DNA of 51,421 nucleotides, taken from IMG/VR virus record IMGVR_UViG_3300042994_000002, positions 1 to 51,421 of that record. One strand, given 5' to 3'. The translations under genes were made by a program, and so were the position numbers. Source of the stretch: a virus. Its lineage: Duplodnaviria; Caudoviricetes. This document shows, one piece after another, positions 8,387 through 16,950 of this stretch. The notes under the pieces are model-generated. The model saw nothing but the letters and a program-made list of their open reading frames with translations. It had not been told where the DNA came from and did no database searches. Positions within the stretch are counted from its first letter, which is position 1. Every line of letters starts with the position of its first letter.

Positions 8387-9064
8387 TCAGATCTCCTCGC
8401 GCTCGTATCTACCGATCACGAAGCCCTTGATGAGGATTTCGGTGGAAGAGTCGCCATCCAGAACAAGCGGCTGGTGCTTGGGGTTTGTGCTCCGCGGCGA
8501 AAGCACGATCTTGCCGTTGATGTCGGTGATTTCCTTCAGCGTCACCTCGACCAGCGAGCCCTGATGACGCTCGACATGCACGACCTGGCCGATCTTTTTC
8601 TTGATGCCGCTGGCGATTGCCTCGACGCAATGCACGTAGCTGAACTCGGGATATTTTAGGTTCATGGAATCGCCGACCACGCGGAGCAGGTACTGCGCGG
8701 CCTTGGGAAAGCGCTGATCACGCGCGACCGGGATCACCTCCCGTTCGCGGTTCCCGTCGTCGAACAACGAGATGTCCATCCAGTTGCCCGCCTGGATGTC
8801 ACCAAGCACTTCGAGACCTTCCACCTTCGGGCGGTCGGCGGGCTCGTCTTCTCCCGTCACCAGCCACTCGAGCGTCGTACCGAGTGCGGCCGCGAGTTTG
8901 GCCAGCTTCTCCGGGCCTGGGTTCAACGACTTCCCGCGCCGGATGTCGCGGACGAAGGTCTCGCTCGTCCCGGACAGTCGGCCCAGCTGCGAGTTGTTCA
9001 GGTTGAGCCGGTCCATGCGCTTTGCGAGGCGCTGAGCCAGCGGTGAATCTACTGTATTTTCCAT
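8387..9064 (-). CDS. cI: CI-like repressor (HTH + S24 autoprotease)
   Basis: Cro/C1 HTH (LAAALGTTLEWL), Ala-Gly cleavage site (IQAG), GDSM Ser and VTLK Lys; divergent from cro. Confidence 0.93.
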   Translation of the reverse strand: MENTVDSPLAQRLAKRMDRLNLNNSQLGRLSGTSETFVRDIRRGKSLNPGPEKLAKLAAALGTTLEWLVTGEDEPADRPKVEGLEVLGDIQAGNWMDISLFDDGNREREVIPVARDQRFPKAAQYLLRVVGDSMNLKYPEFSYVHCVEAIASGIKKKIGQVVHVERHQGSLVEVTLKEITDINGKIVLSPRSTNPKHQPLVLDGDSSTEILIKGFVIGRYEREEI

Positions 9065-9080
9065 GCGTTGAAGATCGCAT

Positions 9081-9141
9081 TCGGGAAATATCACGTCCAT
9101 CGGGAAATGTCCCTTGACAATTCGGGAAATGTCCCGAATAT
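9081..9141. promoter_or_regulatory. OR: three operators overlapping PR
   Basis: GGGAAATATCAC 9083-9094, GGGAAATGTCCC 9102-9113 and 9124-9135; CTTGAC (9113-9118) N17 GAATAT. Confidence 0.82.
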
Positions 9142-9148
9142 GGTGATC

Positions 9149-9400
9149 ATGCAAACCATGATCGAACACACCGAACACAGCATCCGCGAAGCCCTCGTCA
9201 CCCGTGCCGAGGCATACGCGAGAGCGGCCAAGACAAGCTTCTCCGCCATGAGCATCGCGGCGGTGAACGACAGCAAGTTCCTCAGCCGAGTGGCTAACCC
9301 GGACCTCGGCTTCAACATCAAGACGTACCAGAAAATGGTCGAGTGGTTGGATGAGGCGGAGAAGGCCCTGCAGAACCAAGCTCGGGAGGCTGCGGAATGA
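9149..9400 (+). CDS. cro: Cro-like HTH regulator
   Basis: Small HTH (SFSAMSIAAVNDSKFLSRV) divergent from cI. Confidence 0.8.
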   Translation: MQTMIEHTEHSIREALVTRAEAYARAAKTSFSAMSIAAVNDSKFLSRVANPDLGFNIKTYQKMVEWLDEAEKALQNQAREAAE

Positions 9401-10071
9401 GCGCCTTCAAGGGTCATCCGGAACTGAAGGTTGCTGAGGGTCAGGTTGACGGCCTGTTCCGCCTCGAAACCGGCAAAGGCGTAGTGCTCGCCTCCGGCGT
9501 ATTTCGCAGCCGGGAAGAAGCCGAGCGCTTCGCCGAGTGCTGGAATGGTCTGCGCAAGATCGCTTTCCCTCAGGCTCACCTGGAAGCCACCGAAGAGTAC
9601 GTCGTGCGGCTTGAGCGGCTCCGTAAGGAAGCCGTCGCCGCACAGGGCGCGCCGGTGCTTGGCTGGAATTTCGACATGTCCGTTGCCCCGCGCGATCCCA
9701 AGGCGAAGCTGCTGGTGGCGCATCCGACCGACGGCAAGGTCTACCTGACCAAGTGGAACCCGCCGACGACGCACACGCCGCAGGGCTGGTGGAGCGGGTT
9801 CGCCCCCGGCTTCGAGCTGCTGGCGTGGATGCCGTGGCCGGAGCATCCATTCCAAGCGAAAGCCAATGATGAAGCATGCGAGACAGGCCTGGACATGGGC
9901 CGCGCAGAGGCTCCGGCCGATGCATCCGACGGTGTGGAGTTGGCGAGTAGGGTTGTCGGTGGCCGAACATCGACTGCAACGCCTGAGAGAATGGACGTGA
10001 CAGCCGGAGAGACGGCACCTCTTATCACTCACCATCAATTCATCCTCGACGACGTGGGGTCAGGCGCATGA
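9397..10071 (+). CDS. Hypothetical protein (contains WMPWP DUF551-like motif)
   Basis: ATGA overlap with cro; composite-looking sequence. Confidence 0.7.
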   Translation: MSAFKGHPELKVAEGQVDGLFRLETGKGVVLASGVFRSREEAERFAECWNGLRKIAFPQAHLEATEEYVVRLERLRKEAVAAQGAPVLGWNFDMSVAPRDPKAKLLVAHPTDGKVYLTKWNPPTTHTPQGWWSGFAPGFELLAWMPWPEHPFQAKANDEACETGLDMGRAEAPADASDGVELASRVVGGRTSTATPERMDVTAGETAPLITHHQFILDDVGSGA

Positions 10072-10220
10072 ACAGCTTCATCGCTTACGCATTCGTATGG
10101 GCTTGCTTCGCCGCTGGCGTTGTCTGGATCTTCTGCCGGCACATGCGGCATCGGCAGGAAGCGGATGACAGCCTGAGCGGCGCGCCTAAGGGCGAGCTGC
10201 ATTGGAGGGGTTGGCTTTGA
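10068..10220 (+). CDS. Small membrane protein (50 aa, MNSFIAYAFVWACF...)
   Basis: Read by hand; coupled overlaps at both ends. Confidence 0.55.
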   Translation: MNSFIAYAFVWACFAAGVVWIFCRHMRHRQEADDSLSGAPKGELHWRGWL

Positions 10221-10528
10221 CGGTCCAGCCCAGCCCAAACCCAAAGATCGAGCTGGGCACTGTCGGCGAGCCCGGCACTCCGGTTGCTCGGCTTATCGGG
10301 AAGCTCCTGGCGGCCTATCCGAACCGAGTCCTCGGCAGCGACCTTGCGGCGGTCGTTGCTCCTCACGGCGTAGGCGACCGTTTCGCCTCGCTCTGTTTCC
10401 ATTTCACACGGGCCAATGAGGCCCTCGCTCCCTTTGGCTGGCAGGCTGCTCGGAGCGGAGGGGAACCTCATAGCACGTACTTCCTTCGGCCTCTCACAGG
10501 GCCAACCCGCCGAGCGATTGCTCGGTAA
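10217..10528 (+). CDS. Winged-helix domain protein
   Basis: TTG start after GGAGGGG; LLAAYPNRV...RANEALAPFGWQ pattern. Confidence 0.6.
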   Translation: MTVQPSPNPKIELGTVGEPGTPVARLIGKLLAAYPNRVLGSDLAAVVAPHGVGDRFASLCFHFTRANEALAPFGWQAARSGGEPHSTYFLRPLTGPTRRAIAR

Positions 10529-10585
10529 CTCAGGCTTTCTAACCACACCCTGTGCAGAGGCAAAAAAGCACAGGGAACGTCGGAA

Positions 10586-10960
10586 ATGTCCGAAAATCGA
10601 TTGGAGAAATCCGAAATGTCGAGTGTCGAATTCGCAGCAACAGCACTTCAGCGGCATGTGGCGCCGCGCGATTGCGCAGACACCGTGAAGGAACGCATCC
10701 GGATAGCGGCCCGGAAGCTCGGCTGGTCTTTCTCCAGAACCAAAGACGTCTGGTACGCCGACCCGCGCGTATCGATCGACGCCGACGAGTTGCGGGCAAT
10801 CGAGGATGCAGCACGTGTCAAGTACGGGCGCGAACAACTCCAATCAATCGATGAACTCATCGCCGGGGCAGAAGCTCTCCTGGCTGGCCCGGAGGCGGAT
10901 TTCTATCGCCCTCTGGTTACTGGCTTCCGCGCGGTCGTTAGCGCGCTTCATCGCTCCTGA
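10586..10960 (+). CDS. Putative HTH regulator (CII-position protein)
   Basis: VKERIRIAARKLGWSFSRTKDVWY HTH-like segment; position downstream of cro. Confidence 0.7.
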   Translation: MSENRLEKSEMSSVEFAATALQRHVAPRDCADTVKERIRIAARKLGWSFSRTKDVWYADPRVSIDADELRAIEDAARVKYGREQLQSIDELIAGAEALLAGPEADFYRPLVTGFRAVVSALHRS

Positions 10961-10971
10961 AATCCGACGGG

Positions 10972-11002
10972 ACCTGTGACGCTCCGGTGTCACAGGTTTT
11001 TT
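10972..11002 (+). terminator. Rho-independent terminator
   Basis: ACCTGTGAC-N8-GTCACAGGT followed by a T run. Confidence 0.8.
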
Positions 11003-11049
11003 CATCACCTCAGCCGTCGGAAAATTCCGACACCAAAGGGACAAGGGAC

Positions 11050-11595
11050 ATGACCACGGGTGACAACACAAAGCTCAGCGCGGAGGATCGGCAGAAGCTC
11101 TTCGCACATCATTTCCGCAAGGAGCTGACGGCAGAGACTGCTCGCCGTGCGGCGGTCGCGGACAAGGCGGCAAACCGGAAGCTGGCAAAGGCCGCCGATC
11201 CGACCTTCACCGCGCAGAAGTTCGATCACTACCTGAAGGCTCACTTCGGTGAGGACGATCAGAAGCCCGTCGACCGGCTGAAGTCTGATCGTGAAAACCT
11301 CGAATGGCTGGGGCTTATCCCTGCCACGACCGGCGGTGACCTACTCGCCCAGGCTGATCGTGTCGACAAGGAAGGCATGATCCGCGCCAAGGGCTACAAG
11401 CAAGGAATGCTCGGTCTGGATCGCGTGTCTGGATATGACGCCGGGAGTGTCGACGACAAGCTGTGGCTCGAGTCCTACGACGCCGGCAAAGTCGAGTACG
11501 AAACAAAGATCCCGGACATCCTCGCCCGCTTAGAAGCCTCCGAAAACAAGGAAGCGCCGCCGGCCGAGGATCCCTTCGCCAAGACCCGCCACTGA
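11050..11595 (+). CDS. Hypothetical protein, helical N-terminus plus Rmf/CrpP-like C-terminal motif
   Basis: AKGYKQGMLG...GYDAGS...WLESYDAG. Confidence 0.7.
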   Translation: MTTGDNTKLSAEDRQKLFAHHFRKELTAETARRAAVADKAANRKLAKAADPTFTAQKFDHYLKAHFGEDDQKPVDRLKSDRENLEWLGLIPATTGGDLLAQADRVDKEGMIRAKGYKQGMLGLDRVSGYDAGSVDDKLWLESYDAGKVEYETKIPDILARLEASENKEAPPAEDPFAKTRH

Positions 11596-11649
11596 AATCG
11601 CATCCCCGGCCACTCGTTTCTCCTGTTGTTGGACGGCCGGGACAAACTA

Positions 11650-11676
11650 CCGAGGCGCGAATGCCTCGGGCTTTTT
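11650..11676 (+). terminator. Rho-independent terminator
   Basis: CCGAGGC-N6-GCCTCGG followed by GCTTTTT. Confidence 0.7.
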
Positions 11677-11690
11677 CTCCAGAGGTCCCC

Positions 11691-12041
11691 ATGAACGCTC
11701 ATTCCAAGATACAGCGCTTCGCATGCGCTTGCTGCGGTGGCGACATCGGCGAGGCAACCACGATTGCCGCCGTGAGGGCACATCTCACCCAGCCGACCCA
11801 CATCATAATCTTCGATCAGCTGTCGGCCGCGCCCGGCTCTCCGGTGCTGCGCGAGACCATCATCACTGCGCTCTATGGCCCGCGCACTCGCTGGCCGTCC
11901 ACCGCCCTCGGCAATCTCCGGAATCGCATCTGCCAGCTGCGCAAGATCATCGAGCCCATGGGCTGGTGCATCACCCACGCGCGCGGCGCGAAGGGCGACG
12001 GCGCGAGCTGGAGGCTCATCCCCACGGAGGTCACGCCATGA
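11691..12041 (+). CDS. CxxC + winged-helix (Trans_reg_C-like) protein
   Basis: CACCGG; RETIITALYG...LRNRICQLRKII..GW.I. Confidence 0.7.
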   Translation: MNAHSKIQRFACACCGGDIGEATTIAAVRAHLTQPTHIIIFDQLSAAPGSPVLRETIITALYGPRTRWPSTALGNLRNRICQLRKIIEPMGWCITHARGAKGDGASWRLIPTEVTP

Positions 12042-12811
12042 TCAATGAGAAGTATCAGCCGGGGCAGGCCATCCGTCGCCTTACGCTTCTGAACAAGTCT
12101 CGAAGCCAGTGGCGCTGCAAATGCTCCTGCGGTGATGAGCACGTGTTCGTCGAGGAGAATGATCTGGGATGGAAGGTCTCCTGTGGCTGCATCGTGATCA
12201 TGGGGCTGGACCTCGCCACGCGCTCCGGCTGGAGTGTCCGGAACAGCCATCAGCACCGGTCCAAGATCGAGTGCGGCACCTTCACCGTCAAGGATTACGA
12301 TTGGGAGGAGAAATACCCGATCGCGGCGAACCTCTTCTATCGCCTGGTGAAAGAGCATCAGCCCGACTTCGTTGCGATCGAGCGGCCGGAACACGGCGTC
12401 CGCCAGTTCAAGAAGAAGGGCAAGGCGGACCTGACCGGGCAGGAGGAAACCGTCTCGACGATCAACCCGGCAGCGCTCCAGCTCACCGGCATCGCCGGCG
12501 CCGTCACCGCCATCTGCATGATGATGAACATCCCCTTCGGCACCATCGCCGCTACTTCATGGCGCCCGGTCTACTACGGCAAGGGCATCAAGCCCGCTGA
12601 GGGGCAGGACTGGAAGGACCTCGCCATCGAGGCTTGCGAGCGAGAGAAGATCAAGCTGCCGAGCACAAAAGCCGAGCAGCGCGACGCCGCCGAGGCCGTT
12701 GGCATCTGCACCTGCTGGCATAAGAGCCAGATCCCGAACATCGACTGGATGCAGAAGCGGTTTATGGACCTGCGCACTGGCGCCGCCGAGCAGAAGCGGA
12801 GGGTGGCATGA
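12038..12811 (+). CDS. RuvC-like Holliday junction resolvase with a short Cys-rich N-terminal extension
   Basis: IMGLDLATRSGW, VAIE, DAAEAVGI RuvC-fold acidic motifs. Confidence 0.8.
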   Translation: MINEKYQPGQAIRRLTLLNKSRSQWRCKCSCGDEHVFVEENDLGWKVSCGCIVIMGLDLATRSGWSVRNSHQHRSKIECGTFTVKDYDWEEKYPIAANLFYRLVKEHQPDFVAIERPEHGVRQFKKKGKADLTGQEETVSTINPAALQLTGIAGAVTAICMMMNIPFGTIAATSWRPVYYGKGIKPAEGQDWKDLAIEACEREKIKLPSTKAEQRDAAEAVGICTCWHKSQIPNIDWMQKRFMDLRTGAAEQKRRVA

Positions 12812-13470
12812 CCCCATGGAAGCGAAAGGAAGTCATTGGTGACTGCACGCTTCTGCTGGGCGACTGCATGGAGATCATGCCCGCGCTCGGTAAGGTGGAT
12901 GCCGTGGTTACAGACCCGCCTTACGGGATCAGCATCAACAAGAGCAATCGCCTGTCAGTCAGCCGTGGCTTCGGCGGGCAGACATGGGATGAGCAGCCAG
13001 CGGACATGTCGTGGCTGGTGCCAATGGGTGTTCCTGCAATCGTGTGGGGCGGCAACTACTTCGACCTTCCTGCGCACCGCGCACCGCTTGTCTGGGACAA
13101 GAACAACGCGGGCCGAGACTTCGCAGATTTCGAAATGGCCTGGACCAATCTTGATATAGTTGCTCGCCGTTTTGTCATGCGCCCGATGAACATGGACGGC
13201 GGCAAGCTGCATCCGACGCAGAAGCCGGAAGAACTGATGAAGTGGTGTCTGTCCTTCTTGAGCGAAGGCATCACAGTAATGGATCCGTTTATGGGGTCTG
13301 GCTCCACGGGCGTTGCCTGCGTCAAGACTGGCCGCAGCTTCATCGGCATTGAGCAGCACGAGCCATATTTCGACATAGCGGTGGAGCGTATCCGCAAGGC
13401 TTACGCGCAGCCTGACATGTTCGTCCAGGCAGCAAAGCCGCAGGCGGTACAGGAGGCCATGGATCTATGA
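12808..13470 (+). CDS. DNA N6-adenine/N4-cytosine methyltransferase (beta class)
   Basis: VTDPPY, HPTQKP, DPFMGSGST. Confidence 0.93.
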   Translation: MTPWKRKEVIGDCTLLLGDCMEIMPALGKVDAVVTDPPYGISINKSNRLSVSRGFGGQTWDEQPADMSWLVPMGVPAIVWGGNYFDLPAHRAPLVWDKNNAGRDFADFEMAWTNLDIVARRFVMRPMNMDGGKLHPTQKPEELMKWCLSFLSEGITVMDPFMGSGSTGVACVKTGRSFIGIEQHEPYFDIAVERIRKAYAQPDMFVQAAKPQAVQEAMDL

Positions 13471-14939
13471 ACGCGCACACCTTCAGCAGAGACGAGCGGC
13501 AGTTGCACTTCGGAGCGGAGCTTCCGGACGCTATTCAGCCCGAACAGGCGCTGCTCGGGGCATTGCTGGTGAACAACGACGCTTTCGGGTCGATCCCGGC
13601 GACATTCAGCGCGGACTTCTTTGCATATGAGGAGCATCGAAAGATCTTCTGCGCCATGAGCGAGTTGCGGGACGCCGGAAAGCGCCTCAACCCCGTAACC
13701 ATCAAGATGAGGCTGAATGACGTCGAGGTTTTCCGCGGGGTCACCATCTCCCAGTATCTCGCGAACCTTGCGGCCGAAGCGGTTTCGATCGTCAACGCAG
13801 AGGATTTCGTCGATGCGATCGTCGATAACTCCGCACGGCGGGACATGGTGTCTATGGCATCGGCTCTGCGCAGCGCGGCCTATGAACGGGAACTGCAGCT
13901 GATTGACCAGATAGAGGCCGCAGAGGCCCGCTTGGCGGAGCTTCATGCAAGGCTTGCAGGCGGGGACAGGGTGTGGACCGACGGCGCTACTGCATTCGCG
14001 AACGCCATACAGCATGCCGCACTCGCCATGACCGGCTCGGATAACGCCGGTGTTGAGTGCGGATTCGGCCCCGTTTCACAGCTGATCGGCAAGCTTATGC
14101 CAGGACAGCTGATCATCATCGGGGGCGGCACCAAACAGGGCAAGTCGGCCCTAGCCAGGCAGATCGCGATTGGTGCTGCCCGAAATGGCGCTGCGGTCCT
14201 CGATTACTCCGGAGAGATGGACCATGAAGAGCTCGCGCGACGCGAACTGGCCCGTATCTCCAAGGTGCCGGCGACGCATCAGCTAACGGGTGGGCTTAGC
14301 GACAACGACCTACGGCGTCTCCGCCAGGCGAAATCGGAGCTCGACAGGTTGCCTTGGAACATCATTGACCGGCGCCGTACGCTCGAGCAATTGTGCCGTG
14401 AGTTTGAGACGTTCGCCAAGCGGCACCCGCAGGCGGTCCTCGTGGTGGACAGCGTCACACTTTTCGAGCTCGACCGCGATACCCGCAAGCTCTCGAAATA
14501 TGAGTTCGCGGAGTATGCGACGGATCGGCTAAAGGCGCTCGCCCGCAAGACGGGAACAACCGTCATTGCCCTGTCTCAGCTGAAGAAAAACACGTTCGCA
14601 GTCGAGAAGCAGTTCAACCGATCGGTCACCGTCAAGACGTTCCGCAATGTTGTTGCTCGTCGGCCGCGCGCTTCGGACCTGTACGGCGCATGCGAGCGTG
14701 ACGCAGATCATGTCCTGATCCCCTACAACCCGATGCCAATCCTGCAGGAGATCGAGCCCGCCGAGGGCAGCGACGAGCATGTCTTCTGGGAAGAGGTCGT
14801 GGACGAATATCAGGGCAGGGCAGAGATCATTCTCGCTCTCTCTCGCCACCAGCCCCCAGACCGCCGCCAAGTGCGCTGGCACGGCGAGACCACGTCCTTC
14901 CTCCCCAAGCACGATGTACGGCAGGAGACGTTGCTATGA
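13467..14939 (+). CDS. dnaB: DnaB-like replicative helicase
   Basis: EQALLGALL N-terminal domain, Walker A GGTKQGKS, VVDS, IALSQL, RP..SDL...ERDAD. Confidence 0.88.
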   Translation: MNAHTFSRDERQLHFGAELPDAIQPEQALLGALLVNNDAFGSIPATFSADFFAYEEHRKIFCAMSELRDAGKRLNPVTIKMRLNDVEVFRGVTISQYLANLAAEAVSIVNAEDFVDAIVDNSARRDMVSMASALRSAAYERELQLIDQIEAAEARLAELHARLAGGDRVWTDGATAFANAIQHAALAMTGSDNAGVECGFGPVSQLIGKLMPGQLIIIGGGTKQGKSALARQIAIGAARNGAAVLDYSGEMDHEELARRELARISKVPATHQLTGGLSDNDLRRLRQAKSELDRLPWNIIDRRRTLEQLCREFETFAKRHPQAVLVVDSVTLFELDRDTRKLSKYEFAEYATDRLKALARKTGTTVIALSQLKKNTFAVEKQFNRSVTVKTFRNVVARRPRASDLYGACERDADHVLIPYNPMPILQEIEPAEGSDEHVFWEEVVDEYQGRAEIILALSRHQPPDRRQVRWHGETTSFLPKHDVRQETLL

Positions 14940-15040
14940 CCAGTTCCGCCGAGTTCCCCCGCCGCCGGCCGGTCAAGTGGATCGGCGAGACTACCAGCTA
15001 TGAGCCTATCGCACCGACCGTGCAGGAGGAGATGTTCTGA
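14936..15040 (+). CDS. 34-aa ORF paralogous to the DnaB C-terminal tail
   Basis: MTSSAEFPRRRPVKWIGETTSYEPIAPTVQEEMF vs DnaB end PPDRRQVRWHGETTSFLPKHDVRQETLL; ATGA and TGATG overlaps. Confidence 0.6.
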   Translation: MTSSAEFPRRRPVKWIGETTSYEPIAPTVQEEMF

Positions 15041-15351
15041 TGAACAGGTACAGCGCTTACCCCCATCGCATCCCCGGCGGTGTCGGCTTCTGGGCCATGA
15101 TTAGGCTCTGCCGTGACGCGCACCCCGCGCCGGTGATGGACGAGGGCGCCAAGCCTAAGGTGTTCGAGACCAAGGGCGAGGCTGCCGAAGAGTGCCTGAA
15201 GCACGTCGTCGCCTTCATGAACGGTCGGGAGATCCGCGGGGAAATGTTCGACCTTCATGTGAGCGTGAAGCAGACCAAGCGCGCTGCAGCCGAGAAGATC
15301 TTCCGCAAGGGCAAGGTGATCCCAGTCGAGCGTGTCGGAGGTGAGGCATGA
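15040..15351 (+). CDS. Hypothetical phage protein
   Basis: GGAGGAG RBS, coupled. Confidence 0.75.
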   Translation: MNRYSAYPHRIPGGVGFWAMIRLCRDAHPAPVMDEGAKPKVFETKGEAAEECLKHVVAFMNGREIRGEMFDLHVSVKQTKRAAAEKIFRKGKVIPVERVGGEA

Positions 15352-15887
15352 ACATCCAGCTCAGCGCCAGAGAGTACAAGAGCTACGCTGAGCAGAGGCA
15401 GGCTGCCCAGGAACGAAAGCTGCGCCTCTACGGTCGGCCGCAGCTGGTGAACGTCCGGCGCCAGTTCCTGGTGGCGAGGCCGATCTTTACTGAAGCGGCC
15501 CAGATCATCGACACCGTCGACATTTGCGATCTGGAGCCCTGCCATATTCTGACAGATCATGTTCCGGAATGGATGCTAACCCGTACCCACTTCGACGATC
15601 ACAAATGGCGGCGTCTCGCTAGCGGGGCAGGGAACATCCACCCTGTGAAAGCCTACATCATGCGGCGCGCGGTGGAGCTCGGCTACACCTATGACGAGAT
15701 CACCGGCGGCGACCTCTCCAGAGACTTGATGTTCCCACGGCATCTGATCACCTGGGAGATCAAGAAGGTCTTTCGTCCGAACATGGGCTTCATTGAGCTC
15801 GGTCGGCACATGAACAGAGACCATTCATCAGTGATGAGCGCCGTTCGGAAGATCCAGCGCATGAAGGACCGGGGAGAGCTGGATTGA
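15348..15887 (+). CDS. DnaA C-terminal (Bac_DnaA_C-like) HTH protein
   Basis: ITG..SRDLMFPRH...GFIELGRHMNRDHSSVMSAVRKI. Confidence 0.82.
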   Translation: MNIQLSAREYKSYAEQRQAAQERKLRLYGRPQLVNVRRQFLVARPIFTEAAQIIDTVDICDLEPCHILTDHVPEWMLTRTHFDDHKWRRLASGAGNIHPVKAYIMRRAVELGYTYDEITGGDLSRDLMFPRHLITWEIKKVFRPNMGFIELGRHMNRDHSSVMSAVRKIQRMKDRGELD

Positions 15888-16321
15888 TTGATCCGCGCGT
15901 GGCTGCACTCTGCGAGGCGAACGGCATCGAGGTCATCACCTCTACGTGGTACCCTGGCGTGCGCAAGACTCGCGCAGCCGGCACCCTAAACCGCATCTAT
16001 GCCACGCGCGGCGAGGATAACCTCCACTGGACCCTGCTCACCATCGGTCAGACCGAAAACAATCAGGGCATGATCGACGAGTTCCTGTTGTGGGCTACGT
16101 CGGACCTTGTGAAGGACCACATGCCAATCATCGAGGCCGAGACGTCGAAATGGCTGGAGGTCTTCGACAGGGCGCCCATCGGGGAGATGCAGGCCATCCT
16201 CCGCGGGAAGAAGCGGCAGCGGGACAAGCTTTATGGCATGATATTCGAGCGGATTGTCAGGGCGTTCGGGCCCCGGTCCATCCAGCCGGATCTATTCGAG
16301 GAAGAGAGGGGCGCGGCATGA
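15884..16321 (+). CDS. Hypothetical phage protein
   Basis: Coupled ORF. Confidence 0.75.
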   Translation: MIDPRVAALCEANGIEVITSTWYPGVRKTRAAGTLNRIYATRGEDNLHWTLLTIGQTENNQGMIDEFLLWATSDLVKDHMPIIEAETSKWLEVFDRAPIGEMQAILRGKKRQRDKLYGMIFERIVRAFGPRSIQPDLFEEERGAA

Positions 16322-16950
16322 CATTCGAGGAAGTTCAGGAACTGTTCGTTCGGGCGGCCTACATCGACCGCAAGATGATGCGGGAGAGCGTCTTGCCGGC
16401 GGCCGGCTCACCGTGGCCACGCTACCATCATGAGGCTGGCGATATAGCTGGCTGGTCCAAAGAGGACCGGAAGGCCTACGAGAAGAAGCTGGCGCGCAAC
16501 GGCGGCGACTACGGCGACGCCCGCCGCAGCCGAGAGGCCATCACCACGTGGGAGCAGGCGAGCGAGCTGATCAAGCTGGTGACGCACGAGGGACACCGCC
16601 GCTGCCTCCTCGCATGGGCTATGGCCATGGCCGGCGGCAGACCATTCGTCCGGTTCTGCGAGGGCGAAAACCTCCAGGAGGATCGCGCGAGACGGTGGAA
16701 AAACAAGGCAATTGCCCGAATTGTAGCGGAAAGCAAATCAGAAGCGCCCTACGATAGCGGAGAAGCTGTTTTAGCAGTGTTGCCTTCACCCCCTGAAAAA
16801 GGGCATAAAACACCTACGCTGGCGATCGACGCGACAACGCGGGGCGGTGCCTGGCGTGACCAAGAGACAGAGGCCGCGCGCGATACCATCCTCTCCGACT
16901 GGAAGGTTGGGCGCACATGGTGGCGCCGGAAGGCGCAGGCGGCAAGGTGA
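16318..16950 (+). CDS. Putative late transcription regulator (DUF6362/sigma-region-4-like)
   Basis: Last large early gene before packaging genes; WPRY and C-terminal HTH-like RRWKNKAIARI. Confidence 0.55.
   Translation: MTFEEVQELFVRAAYIDRKMMRESVLPAAGSPWPRYHHEAGDIAGWSKEDRKAYEKKLARNGGDYGDARRSREAITTWEQASELIKLVTHEGHRRCLLAWAMAMAGGRPFVRFCEGENLQEDRARRWKNKAIARIVAESKSEAPYDSGEAVLAVLPSPPEKGHKTPTLAIDATTRGGAWRDQETEAARDTILSDWKVGRTWWRRKAQAAR

Noticed and set aside
9065-9379. N-terminal extension of the cI ORF to 330 aa
   Set aside because: Runs through OR and cro; the real start is most likely ATG 9064.
12808-13470. Restriction-modification system
   Set aside because: Orphan methyltransferase in the early operon; the neighbouring nuclease is RuvC-like, not a cognate restriction enzyme.
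16791-16805. CCCTGAAAAAGGGCA, near-identical to lambda nutR boxB
   Set aside because: No boxA, only a 3-bp stem, inside a coding region, and no N-like gene; likely coincidence.
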